Of a stretch of DNA of 64,000 bases, positions 29,518 through 39,357 are shown in pieces. Position numbers and translations under genes: made by a program. Where the stretch lies: assembly GCA_032128375.1 (NCBI GenBank), contig JAQBGU010000188.1, positions 32,001 through 96,000 of the forward strand, given 5' to 3'. The notes below the pieces were generated by a model. It had not been told where the DNA came from, did no database searches, and saw nothing but the letters and a program-made list of their open reading frames with translations. Within the stretch, counting starts at the first letter, position 1, and each line of letters opens with the position of its first letter. The DNA comes from Deltaproteobacteria bacterium. Its GTDB lineage: Bacteria > Myxococcota_A > UBA9160 > SMWR01.

Positions 29518-30012
29518 TCAGTAGAGCTTCACGTCTCTATCGAGCACGGTCATCCGCTCGGCGCGCTCAGCATTGCGAATCGCATCATCACAGGCGCGTC
29601 GGACGATTTCCGATAGAGGAGCCAGGATCCGGTCGGATGTTTTGAAACCAGATTTCGCTCGGATGTATTCCTTCAACCGGCTCGCAACAATGAGGATCTC
29701 TGTCGGCACGTCTGCGTCTCGTGTCGGTGGGGGTGTCTCGCGACCAATCCGCCTCGTGCCGGTGCTTGCCTTCGCGATTTCCCGGACCGGCGGTTCGGGC
29801 ACCGCGGCAGTCTTGGGTGCTTGCTGCTCTTCCGCCCAGGACTCTCGGTGATTCGCGCCGGGAAGATGCACCTCCCAGCACGTCACGCTGCAAAACTGCA
29901 ACGCAGTTCGCTTTCGATTGCACGTCGAGACGTTGCACGTCCAATAGGTCGTACCGAGCTCGATCGGGTTCTTGCAGGCGCTACAGCGTCTCCACAGGTT
30001 GACTTCTTGCAC
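29518..30012 (-). CDS. Bacterial histone with N-terminal ZZ-type zinc finger
   Basis: C-x2-C-x12-C-x4-C-x9-C-x3-C-x3-H-x5-H, a Pro-rich linker, then histone fold EILIVASRLKEYIR...TSD...LSEIV...AIRNA..AERMTVLDRD; GGAGG RBS. Confidence 0.85.
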   Translation of the reverse strand: MQEVNLWRRCSACKNPIELGTTYWTCNVSTCNRKRTALQFCSVTCWEVHLPGANHRESWAEEQQAPKTAAVPEPPVREIAKASTGTRRIGRETPPPTRDADVPTEILIVASRLKEYIRAKSGFKTSDRILAPLSEIVRRACDDAIRNAERAERMTVLDRDVKLY

Positions 30013-30117
30013 CCAACACCTCCTCGGAGCGGGAGATTAGCTGAGCTTCGCCCTGCCCTCATGGTCACCTTTTGGTTCATCTGCGCAACGCCGGCAACGG
30101 AAGCAGCCATCCCCACG

Positions 30118-30339
30118 ATGGCGTACGACGAAGGACTCGCACAGCGAATCCGTAAAGCCCTCGACGACCGACCGGGGATCGCCGAACGCAAGATGTTCGG
30201 GGGCCTGTGCTTCGGGCTGAACGGCAACATGGCGTGCGGAGTCACAGGTGACGAACTGATGGTTCGCGTCGGTCCCGATGGGCACGCAGACGCACTGAAA
30301 AGGCCGCACGCGTGCAAAAGGGATTTCACCGGCCGGCCC
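30118..30339 (+). pseudogene. TfoX/Sxy N-terminal-domain protein, 3'-truncated
   Basis: MAYDEGLAQRIR...ERKMFGGLCF.LNGNMACGV...LMVRVGP...DFTGRP; similarity ends at the stop codon of the convergent MMPL gene. Confidence 0.75.
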
Positions 30340-33311
30340 TACCTCTGCTCGTCGGCTCGGCGCCGATCGATTCCGCCGGGCTTCAAAATCGAGTAGAAGG
30401 CCGGAACGACAGTGATCGCGCCCAGCATGTTGATCACCATGAGTACGATCAGCAGCTGCGCCATCTCCGCCTGGAAACGCAGGCTCGAGAAGACCCACAG
30501 AACGATGCCGCCGATCACCGTGGTCGCGGTGAATGTGACAGCGGTCCCGGTGGTACTGACCGCGGTTCGGATCGCGTCGTCGACCGCCAGGCCACGGGCG
30601 CATTCCTGACGGATCCGGTCCACGATGTAGATCGCATAGTCGACCCCAATTCCAACTCCGACAGCCTGAACCGGCAGCGTATTGATGTTGAGGCCGACTT
30701 CGCGAGCGGCCATATACGCGAGCGACACCAGCGTCGCGGTCGCAATCTGCAACAGGATGATTCCCCCGCTGACAGCGGATCGGTAGGTGATCGAGTGCAG
30801 TACGAAGATCACCGCAAAGATCAGCGAAATATTCGCAAGGTGACCGCGCTCGACTTCGTCGTTGATCGCCGACAGCATCCCGATGATTCCACCAGCCAGT
30901 ACCCACTGGACGCCGCGTGTGAAGGACTGCGTGGGTTGATAGGTAGGAACCGCTCCGGGAGATCGCTGGTCGTGCACAATCAGCGAGTTGTCGCCCACGG
31001 CCACCGCGCGCAGACTCAATTCTTCGCTTTCCCACCACTGGTCGACATCGGCCGGTTCCCAATCCTGTAGCTGAGCGGGCCAGGTGAACACGCGACCATT
31101 GATAGCGTCGCCCTGGGCGTCGTCGTACGCGTCGAGCGCTTCTTCGTGGAAGGATTCCAGCCACTCGGGCAGGCCGTCTTGTTCCGCGACCCGTACAGCG
31201 ACATCTTCGTACTCCCCTTCGTCGGTGCGCAGCTTGACATTCAGCGTGTGGCCCCGGGTCGGCAGCAATGGCCCGATCACGTAGTACAAGAAGTCCTTCA
31301 GACGTTCTGCATCCAGGAAAAAACGGCTGGGATCACCCCGCTTCTCGTCCAGCCGAATCGACACGACCCCCATCGGATGATCATCAATGAAGCGCTGCGC
31401 ACTGCCGATCGCGCGACGAATCGTTTCGCCTGTGTGGTCCGGGTAGAACACGGTCAGTGACGCGGCTCGCCCGTCGTCGGTGATCAATGGGCGCAGCGTT
31501 CCCGGCGGACTTCCCTGCCGCGCCTGAAAAATAATGACACGGGTCAGCGTTCCCGGCGGAATCATCGCGAAGCGCGGATCGTTGTAGTTCAGGGTTCGAC
31601 TAACGGTCTTGACGAGGTCGATCAGCGAAAACGACCGGGACGAACCCGATGTGATCCGAAGCTCTCGATCGAGTTCCTCCATTTGGTGCAGTACGGCCGG
31701 GTCTTCCACGACGTTATTGCGATCGCCATCCGCATAGATCACCAGCGTATCGGCGCCGCCAAAGTGCTCGCCGATACGCGCGACCGCGACGTTGACCGGA
31801 TGGTCGGGCCAGAACAGCGACGTCCCGGGGCGCGACTCTCCGATCACCGAATGGAACAATACGATGTAGGATGCGCCGATGAAGATCAGCAGCGTGCCGA
31901 ACGCGATGACCCAGCGGCCCGTCGCGTGCGTAGCCGCGCTACCGAGCGCCCGCGTAAAGCGAAGTACGATCGATGGGGTGTAGTGGCGCGACTCACGGGG
32001 CGCCGGAAGTAGACAAATCAACGCCGGATGCAGGAACTCCACCGTGAAAACGATCGACGCAACCCAGAACGCCCCGAAGATCCCGAGATTTCGCATCTGG
32101 GGGATGGTCGTAACCAGAATGACCAACAGACCCGCGACGTCGGTGAGGATGCCCAGCGTCCCCGGTACGATCAGTTCTGCCATCGCGACACTGGCTGCGC
32201 GCCGCTTCGCCTCTTCGCGGTCGTCGTACTCCTCGCTGAGCCGCTCGTAGTCTTCAAAAAAGCGCTCGGCCATCTGCACCGTGTGCGAGACCGCGCGTGC
32301 GGTGATGATCATCGGGATCACCAGCACCAACGGATCGAAGGCGATATTCATCCAGCCCGTGAACCCTGTACCCCAGATCACGGTGATGCCCGCGGCGACG
32401 AGCGGAATAGAGACACCGTGCGCGCGCCGAAAATACGCCCACAAGAGCGCGAAGATGATGACGACCGAACCCCCGATCGACGCCAGCATTTCCCATGCGT
32501 GATGGAGCACCCAGCCGGCGATGATCGGAACGCCTACGACGTAGATCTCGTGGTTCTCATCGCTCTCGGCTTCGACAATCCCCTGCACGTGGTCGAACAC
32601 GGCGCGATAGATCTCAGTGTTGGATAGTCGATCTGTGACGAACTGCACCATGATCAGCGCCGCAGTCCCATCCGCCGTGACGAATTGCCCGTAGACCTCG
32701 GGCGCTTTTTCGAGAACCCGACGCTCGAGTGCGTCGGCTTCTTGTTGCGTTTTTGGTAGCTCGGTTACAAGAGATTCAAAGGCTGCACCGCCGTCCGGAT
32801 CCATCTTGACGACTGTCGTGGTGCGATGAACCAGCGATCGGGTCTGATCGTGATTGACCGGATAAGGCGGATAAATCCGGTCGAGGCGGGCTCTGATCTC
32901 GTCGACGTCCTCGATCCCAGAGTCTTCGAGTGCGTCGCGCATTTCGTTTCGCTGTTCGCTATAGCTCTCGAAGCCAATGCCGTCGAGTGCACCGGTCAGC
33001 CGCTTGAGCTTCGCCAGGCTCTCGGGGTTGTAGATCGTCCCTTCCCTGACAACCATCGCCAACACGACCGGGGAAGCGTTGCCGAAGAACCCCTCGAACT
33101 TGTCCTGCGCGTGGATGAACTTGTGAACCGGGAACATATCGCGCGCGTTGCTGTCGATCCGAACACGCGGTCCGCCAAATGCATAGCCGAACACGGAGAA
33201 CGCGGTGTTCGCCAGCGGGTAGAGAAAAAACAGCGTCACCAGCGCCAGCGCTACCGTGACTGCGTGGGCGTGGCGCACGACGAATTCGGCCAATCGCGTG
33301 GTACTTCTCAT
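30339..33311 (-). CDS. MMPL/RND superfamily lipid exporter
   Basis: Two 1+5 TM repeats, ARAVSHTVQ, GILTDVAG, GVGIGVDYAIY, LRFQAEM. Confidence 0.9.
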   Translation of the reverse strand: MRSTTRLAEFVVRHAHAVTVALALVTLFFLYPLANTAFSVFGYAFGGPRVRIDSNARDMFPVHKFIHAQDKFEGFFGNASPVVLAMVVREGTIYNPESLAKLKRLTGALDGIGFESYSEQRNEMRDALEDSGIEDVDEIRARLDRIYPPYPVNHDQTRSLVHRTTTVVKMDPDGGAAFESLVTELPKTQQEADALERRVLEKAPEVYGQFVTADGTAALIMVQFVTDRLSNTEIYRAVFDHVQGIVEAESDENHEIYVVGVPIIAGWVLHHAWEMLASIGGSVVIIFALLWAYFRRAHGVSIPLVAAGITVIWGTGFTGWMNIAFDPLVLVIPMIITARAVSHTVQMAERFFEDYERLSEEYDDREEAKRRAASVAMAELIVPGTLGILTDVAGLLVILVTTIPQMRNLGIFGAFWVASIVFTVEFLHPALICLLPAPRESRHYTPSIVLRFTRALGSAATHATGRWVIAFGTLLIFIGASYIVLFHSVIGESRPGTSLFWPDHPVNVAVARIGEHFGGADTLVIYADGDRNNVVEDPAVLHQMEELDRELRITSGSSRSFSLIDLVKTVSRTLNYNDPRFAMIPPGTLTRVIIFQARQGSPPGTLRPLITDDGRAASLTVFYPDHTGETIRRAIGSAQRFIDDHPMGVVSIRLDEKRGDPSRFFLDAERLKDFLYYVIGPLLPTRGHTLNVKLRTDEGEYEDVAVRVAEQDGLPEWLESFHEEALDAYDDAQGDAINGRVFTWPAQLQDWEPADVDQWWESEELSLRAVAVGDNSLIVHDQRSPGAVPTYQPTQSFTRGVQWVLAGGIIGMLSAINDEVERGHLANISLIFAVIFVLHSITYRSAVSGGIILLQIATATLVSLAYMAAREVGLNINTLPVQAVGVGIGVDYAIYIVDRIRQECARGLAVDDAIRTAVSTTGTAVTFTATTVIGGIVLWVFSSLRFQAEMAQLLIVLMVINMLGAITVVPAFYSILKPGGIDRRRADEQR

Positions 33312-33439
33312 CGGGTCATCGGGTCATCGGGCGCGGCGCATCGGGGCGAGCGGACCTCGAGATTTGTGGGTCCGTAGACCTGGTTCAAGATTAAGGGGAC
33401 CGAGACTTGTAGCGCAGCGTTCACGCGGAGGCGCGAATT

Positions 33440-33540
33440 CGTCGAACGCCGCTAGGCTCGCCCGGTTCGAGCGATTGATTCGAAATTTCCTGGCCGTCGC
33501 CTGCATCCCGGCCCGTGGCTCCACCACGAGGCTCGTAGCA
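33440..33540 (-). repeat. Diverged copy of the REP/MITE-like element
   Basis: Minus strand has GGTGGAGCC...TGCAGGCGACG...GAAATTTCG...AGCCTAGCG, collinear with copy A. Confidence 0.45.
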
Positions 33541-33552
33541 CCGGAGCGCACA

Positions 33553-34248
33553 ATGCTCACCCATCTGCTTTTCGACTTCTTCGGAACCCTGGTCGACTAT
33601 TGCGCGAGCCGAATCGAGCAGGGCTACGAACAGTCTCATCGGATTCTGACCGATGCGGGCTGCGATATCGGTTACAGCGAATTCCTGCAGCGCTGGGATC
33701 AGGTCGCGGGTGGCTTCGATGCCGACGCCGAGAAATCCCTGATCGAGTACTCGATGCACCAGGTGTGCGGCGCTTTTCTGGAACAGGTCCTCGGCGGTCG
33801 CACATCGACCGACGTACTCGAGCGCTTCATCGATCGTTACCTCGCCGACTGGAACACTGGCGTGGTCTACTTGCCCGGTCTTCCCGCGATGCTGGAACGA
33901 CTCTCTGAGCACTACACGCTCGCGGTCATCACCAATACACATTCGGCGGAGCTCGTCCCCGAGCATTTGCGGCGGATGGGCATCGCGTCGAGATTCGAGG
34001 CGGTCATCACGTCGATCGAGCACGGACGTAGAAAGCCGCACGCAGACATCTTCGTCCACGCGCTATCGCAGGTCGGTGCCGTCGCACAAACCAGCGCGTA
34101 CATCGGGGACTCGTTCAACGCCGACTACCGGGGGTCGAGGTCCGTGGGGATGGTCGCTTACCTGATCGATCCAGACCGCACGGCCCAAGTCCCCGAACAG
34201 GCACGGCTGTCAGACGTTCTCGAACTCGAGTTCATCCTTGCGCGTTAG
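33553..34248 (+). CDS. HAD-superfamily hydrolase (subfamily IA)
   Basis: LLFDFFGTL, VITN, RKPHADIF, IGDSFNADY.G; GGAG RBS. Confidence 0.9.
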   Translation: MLTHLLFDFFGTLVDYCASRIEQGYEQSHRILTDAGCDIGYSEFLQRWDQVAGGFDADAEKSLIEYSMHQVCGAFLEQVLGGRTSTDVLERFIDRYLADWNTGVVYLPGLPAMLERLSEHYTLAVITNTHSAELVPEHLRRMGIASRFEAVITSIEHGRRKPHADIFVHALSQVGAVAQTSAYIGDSFNADYRGSRSVGMVAYLIDPDRTAQVPEQARLSDVLELEFILAR

Positions 34249-36071
34249 GCCTCGGGAGCAGCTTCGGGAGCTGCTTCGGGAGATCCGTCGGGTCGCCGCC
34301 GCGGCCGTCTTCTTCGCCGTCGGCCCCGTCGCTTGCGTGCCGGGCGATCGCCCAGCGCGTCGCCGCCCGCGTCTTGCGACACTTCCAACTTTCTGGCCGG
34401 CGCCTTCGCCACGCGGACGTTCTTCGCAGTGGCCTTTTTCTTGCGCCTGCCGGTTCGTTTGCCTCGACGCGACGAACTCGTCTTGCGTTTCGGACGATCG
34501 GGCGCAGTGTGGGCCGCGAAGAAGCTCGCCGGACGTGCGGGGTTTCCGCGACAGATGTCGCACAGACCGCATGCCTCTTCCATGTCCTCGCCGAAGTAGT
34601 TACTCAGAAATTGGGCTCGACACTGATCGGTGCCAAAATACTGCCCCAGGGCGTCGAGTCGACGCCCATCTTGGGTGCGCAGCGTTTCGAATTGGCCCGC
34701 GAGAGCACGGGTGGCCTCTTCGAGGTCGATGCTGGGATCGGTGAAGCGGATCTCGTCGTTTTCGAAATAGATCAGACCCGCTTCTTCAATCTTCGCTACC
34801 AGCGCCATCGCCACACGGGGTCCCACTTCGGCCGACAACGCCAGCGCTTCGAGGCCGGGAACCTTTTCGTCTTGCGACCAGGCAGCCAACGCACTCCCCA
34901 TCCGATAGAGCTGGTCCGGTCGCAGGCGGCTGCGCGAGAGCAACGCCTCGTGGATCCTTCGGTCGGCCGCATCCGGCAGTACGATGCAGTTCGCCTTGGC
35001 GCCGTCTCGCCCCCCACGGCCCGCTTCCTGGACATACTGCTCGAGCGACGCCGGGGACTGATAGTGGAGGATGTAACGGATGTCCGGCTTGTCGATTCCC
35101 AGCCCGAATGCGTTGGTCGCGACCATCACCGTTCGGTGCCCGCCTCGCATGAATTGTTCCTGCTCGACGTTCCTTTCCGCTGCGGGCATTCCCGCGTGGT
35201 AGCGATGGGCCGGAATTCCAAAACGCCGAAGCCACGCATAAACCATGTCGACTTCGCGACGCGTTGCACAGTACACGATACCCGGTCGCCGCAGCCGTTT
35301 GACGAGCCGCAGCATCACCCGCGCGCGTACCCCCTCCTCACAAGGAAGTACTTCGAACGCGAGATTCGAACGATGGGGCGAACTCGCGACCACCTTCGGG
35401 TCTCGCATCCGCAGACTCTTGATGATTCCATCTCGGACCCGTTGGGTCGCGGTCGCGGTCAATGCCAACATCGGCGGCGATCCAAACGCCTCCATTCGCG
35501 ATCCGAGGCGCAGGTAGGCGGGTCGGAAGTCGTGGCCCCACTCCGACAGACAATGTGCCTCGTCGATAGCGACCAACGACACACGTGCCTGGCGCAGCGC
35601 CTCGCTGGTGTCGGTGGTCGCCAGTGTCTCGGGCGTCGTCATCACCAGCATCGGACCACCAGCCTTGATCTGCTCCAGAGCCTCCACGCGCTTCTTGCCG
35701 CGCACGGCCCCATCGAGTCGAACGACGGGCAGATTGCGCTCTAGAAGCTTGGCCTCCTGGTCTTTCAGAAGTGCTTTCAACGGGGAGATCATCACGACGG
35801 GTTGTTGCAACAGCAGAGAGGGCACCTGATAACAGGCAGACTTCCCGAAACCCGTTGGCAGGACCATCAGCACGTCACGCCCCTCGAGGACGGCGTCGAT
35901 GACCTGTGTCTGCTCGGGTCGCAACTGTCGGATCTCGAACTGACGGGCCGCCGCGTCGACAGGAGTGAGCGGCGCGGCCTCTGCCGGACTCACCGCCTTC
36001 GACCGACTTCGCCGTCGACGCGGGCGGCGTCGTTTGGGCTTGCTGGTGATGCTTCCCGTCTCTTGATCCAA
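34245..36071 (-). CDS. recQ: RecQ-family ATP-dependent DNA helicase with Arg-rich termini, no HRDC evident
   Basis: PTGFGKS, DEAHCLSEWGHDFRP, TATAT, ATNAFGLGIDKPD, QEAGRGGRDG, Zn site CR...CGLCDIC. Confidence 0.9.
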   Translation of the reverse strand: MDQETGSITSKPKRRRPRRRRSRSKAVSPAEAAPLTPVDAAARQFEIRQLRPEQTQVIDAVLEGRDVLMVLPTGFGKSACYQVPSLLLQQPVVMISPLKALLKDQEAKLLERNLPVVRLDGAVRGKKRVEALEQIKAGGPMLVMTTPETLATTDTSEALRQARVSLVAIDEAHCLSEWGHDFRPAYLRLGSRMEAFGSPPMLALTATATQRVRDGIIKSLRMRDPKVVASSPHRSNLAFEVLPCEEGVRARVMLRLVKRLRRPGIVYCATRREVDMVYAWLRRFGIPAHRYHAGMPAAERNVEQEQFMRGGHRTVMVATNAFGLGIDKPDIRYILHYQSPASLEQYVQEAGRGGRDGAKANCIVLPDAADRRIHEALLSRSRLRPDQLYRMGSALAAWSQDEKVPGLEALALSAEVGPRVAMALVAKIEEAGLIYFENDEIRFTDPSIDLEEATRALAGQFETLRTQDGRRLDALGQYFGTDQCRAQFLSNYFGEDMEEACGLCDICRGNPARPASFFAAHTAPDRPKRKTSSSRRGKRTGRRKKKATAKNVRVAKAPARKLEVSQDAGGDALGDRPARKRRGRRRRRRPRRRPDGSPEAAPEAAPEA

Positions 36072-36131
36072 TCTTCTCTCCCGGCCCCGGCGCGTTTCCC
36101 GACCTTCCCGGAATGAACGTGCTGACTGGTT

Positions 36132-36500
36132 TGATCTCCGTTGCGAATTCAGACCTGTGAGGTCACCCGTGAACGCTCACTACAACGACTCACAACAGCG
36201 ACGCACAGCAGCGTGCACACGGCAGGTCGAAGTGGTCGCAATAGATCCACTTCTTCGACTTCGACGTCAGTCGAACTCACCACGATCGAACGTGAGCAAA
36301 GGCTCACGCCAAACGACAGCCAATCCGGACGGCGAACTCCCAGACCTTCTCTACCTTCTCTACTTTTACTTTCGGTACTTCCTTTGCTTCCACGTCTCCA
36401 ATGCTGCAGAGAAGATGGACGCGCAGAGAAGATGCAGAGAACGGCTGCGGTGAACGCCCCGTCCCTCGCCCTCATTCACGGGCACCAGAACGTGAGATCA
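36132..36500 (-). ncRNA. Candidate structured ncRNA or long 5' leader of the recQ-like gene (no known family recognised)
   Basis: Nested long-range stems plus several local hairpins; G-U wobbles form only on the minus strand. Confidence 0.45.
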
Positions 36501-36902
36501 TCATAATGGATGATTGGCGAAGAATCGACCCGATTGCGCATTCCCTCTCATTCTAATTCCCGCAGACCAGGGGCGGGTCCGGGGAACGATCTGGGCTGAG
36601 AGCGCCGCAAGCCCCTATGTGTCATACAGCTCCCGCGGCTATCAAGCGTTCGGGGGCCGTCCGTGCCCGACGTCTACTCGGGCCTGGCGGCGCTCGCGAG
36701 TGATCCGAATAGACTGGTTGCCCAGGCCCCGATGAGCTTGTTGAGCCTGGCGCGAGAACATTGGGTCGAGCTGGCAGAGCGGCGCCGGGCGAGCGCGGCA
36801 ATTGCCGTTGATGGCATCGGGAATGTGCAGCGACACAGCGGCCGCAGCACTGGAGACCTTCCTGGCTCCTCGGATCGAATCCGTAGAGGGAGGCCCCCGC
36901 AA

Positions 36903-39182
36903 CTAGAGCCTCCACCAAATCCGCAATCCCAGAAATCCCGCAAGACTCCCAAACACCAACATCGGCCCCCAGCCCCCGATCGGCGCCGGAAGGGCTCCCC
37001 CATAACCCAACGAGCTTGAAACACCGGTCAACAAGAAGTAGCCGATACCCACCAAGACACTCACCAGCAGCGTCTGTGCCGGGCCCGGAAACGGCGGGCC
37101 GGTGACCGCGAAGAACAGCACGACGGCAGGGAGCACGATACAAGCCAACGACTGCGAAAGCTTGACATGGAAATCGACGCGGAGCGGCCTCGTATCGATG
37201 CCATCGGCATCCGTCGCAGCAATCAACTCATCGATCTCCGCGATGCTCAAATGCATGGTGTCGACTTCCGCAGGCAGCGCTTCGCCCAGATCCACGAATC
37301 GCGGTGCGGGGACGCTGTAGACGCGATCTGACGAAATTTCGATTCGACTGGCTCCGCTGAGTTGCCACCAGCCGTGACCGACGTGCCGCGCAGAGTCTGC
37401 GTCGGTTCGGTTGATGGGAAGCCGGTCGGGGCCGAGCTCGTAGACTGACAGGTCTTCTGCCGTGCCGTTGTTCGGATCGAACCGGACCGCCTCCAGAACA
37501 CGATCGCCCTGCCGGTACCACACCGAAGCCTTGCGACCCTCATCGATTTCACTGTAAACCGAACTCTTGATTTCGGTGCGCTTCAATTCGTCGGCGAGCG
37601 CGTTGGCCCTCGGTACCACCACGTTATTCAAGACAGCATCGGCAGGAACCACCAACCCCGCAATGAACAAGATCGGTATCAACGCACGCGGCGCGGGAAT
37701 ACCGCACGCGCGCATGCCGATCAACTCTCCGTCGGCGGCCAACATGCTCACGGTCAGCGCAGTCGCCACCAACAGCGCCATCGGTACGATCCGCGACCCG
37801 AGCAGAACACTTCGCGCCGAATAGAAGTGAAGCACCTCCAGCCCGGTCGCTTGGTGGCGGCTGAACCACGTGAGCCGCTCCATGATGTCGATCAACAAAT
37901 AGCCGACCAGTAGGATCCCAAAAGACATCAGCGCCATCCGGGCGAACCGGGCCGCCACATAGCGCGGCAATGGGTAGCGACTCGGTCGCCGCTTTCGGGC
38001 GACAGCCTTCGCACCGCTCGCCAGAGCACCGGTTTGGGGTCGATCGAATGCGTGCCCCAGCACGCCCTTCCGCCGGGTTCGCAGGATCAAGGCGGCGGCG
38101 AGCAGACTCATAACAGCGTTGGGGAGCCACGCCGCCTCAACCACCCCGATTGTCCCGCTCTGTGCCAACCCCTGGCTGACTTGCGCCATGCCATAGTACG
38201 CGAGCGTGCAGAACATGCCCATCACGCCGCCGCTCGCACGAGAGAAATTGTTCCGCATCAAGAACAACGGAACGGCGAGTGCGCCAAATATCAACGTCGC
38301 GAAGGGCAACGCAAAGCGGCGGTGCAGTTCCAACGCTGCGCTCGACAGTGGGTCAGTCGCGCTGGCAATGAACTCGTTGACGCGGCCGATGAGTTCCGGT
38401 AGTCGAAGCCCGCGGAGCTGCGCCTTCGCGTCGCGTAATAGCGAGTCGCTCTCGGGCAGGCGGGTCGTGAGCCGCTCGAAGCTGAACGACTGCGGGCCGC
38501 GCTCAGGGGACAGGACCACTGTGCCCGTTTCGAGCGCGATATCGATCGCACCCTCGCCACCGCTCAAAATGGCGCCCTTCTGGGCGAAAATCGTCTGCCC
38601 GATGTCGGGCATCCAAAGCAAGATGCCTTCCATCTCGTCGCCGCGGGCATTCACTTCGCGCGCTTCCAGACGCCACTCGCCGAAGCGGCTTACGGTCCCC
38701 CGTTGAACCTGCGCCCACGGCTTATCGCGAGAGATGCCCTCGTAGGCGGCATCCAACAGCCGGTTGGTCCACGGAGAAACCGCCACTGACAACGCCATCG
38801 AGACCACAGTCATCGCCGCCGCAAACGCGACGAACGGCCAAACCAGTCGGGCGGCGGAAACGCCGCAGGCTTCGAACGCGAGAATCTCGCGATCGGCGCC
38901 CATGCGTCCAATCGCCACGAGGCAGCCCAGCAACACCGAGAACGGAAACATCAGCGTGACGATCGGAGCCGTTTTGTACAGCGCGATCAGCGCCACGACC
39001 CGGCCGGAGAGTCCGCGGTTGACCACGAGATCCGAAAAACCGAGCAAATCCTTCGTCAGCACGACCACGGTCAATCCGAGCAGCGAAAAAATCGACGGAC
39101 GCAGCGCCTCCTCGACAACGTGGCGATAGATTGTCAGGCCCGGCCGGCGGTGCACAGGGAATCTCAGCGTCGCGTCGCTCAT
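36903..39182 (-). CDS. Fused LptF-LptG family permease
   Basis: Two YjgP/YjgQ units in one ORF: GRMGADREILAFEACGVS...ELHRRFALPF...AAWLPN and LAADGELIGMRACGIP...FHVKLSQSL...GGWGP. Confidence 0.9.
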   Translation of the reverse strand: MSDATLRFPVHRRPGLTIYRHVVEEALRPSIFSLLGLTVVVLTKDLLGFSDLVVNRGLSGRVVALIALYKTAPIVTLMFPFSVLLGCLVAIGRMGADREILAFEACGVSAARLVWPFVAFAAAMTVVSMALSVAVSPWTNRLLDAAYEGISRDKPWAQVQRGTVSRFGEWRLEAREVNARGDEMEGILLWMPDIGQTIFAQKGAILSGGEGAIDIALETGTVVLSPERGPQSFSFERLTTRLPESDSLLRDAKAQLRGLRLPELIGRVNEFIASATDPLSSAALELHRRFALPFATLIFGALAVPLFLMRNNFSRASGGVMGMFCTLAYYGMAQVSQGLAQSGTIGVVEAAWLPNAVMSLLAAALILRTRRKGVLGHAFDRPQTGALASGAKAVARKRRPSRYPLPRYVAARFARMALMSFGILLVGYLLIDIMERLTWFSRHQATGLEVLHFYSARSVLLGSRIVPMALLVATALTVSMLAADGELIGMRACGIPAPRALIPILFIAGLVVPADAVLNNVVVPRANALADELKRTEIKSSVYSEIDEGRKASVWYRQGDRVLEAVRFDPNNGTAEDLSVYELGPDRLPINRTDADSARHVGHGWWQLSGASRIEISSDRVYSVPAPRFVDLGEALPAEVDTMHLSIAEIDELIAATDADGIDTRPLRVDFHVKLSQSLACIVLPAVVLFFAVTGPPFPGPAQTLLVSVLVGIGYFLLTGVSSSLGYGGALPAPIGGWGPMLVFGSLAGFLGLRIWWRL

Positions 39183-39357
39183 GTCGGCCGGCTCTGCGGC
39201 CTCACTGCGCCTCCCGCTGGCGCGGGCTCGCCTCGGAATTTCGGGTTTTGCCTCGCGCGGCGCTGGACTACAGTCCCGACTCCCCCCATCAATGAAATCC
39301 TAGGTCGCCAATGCGGCCAGAGGCAAACGGCCGGTAGACGCGGCCACCGGGAAAGAT

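Noticed and set aside
31494..31560. 16-bp direct repeat CAGCGTTCCCGGCGGA in the MMPL gene
   Set aside because: Simply encodes PPGTL twice in frame; no sign of an insertion element
36180..36400. Short periodic repeats as a CRISPR or msDNA-like array
   Set aside because: Units are 9-13 nt and degenerate with no unique spacers; no cas or reverse transcriptase gene in the window
36132..36500. RNase P RNA, tmRNA or SRP RNA identity for the structured region
   Set aside because: No GAGGAAAGTCC, no tRNA-like T-arm/CCA end, and no SRP GGAA-loop motif on either strand
36620..36900. Possible small genes between the structured region and lptFG
   Set aside because: No RBS or recognisable motif in any frame
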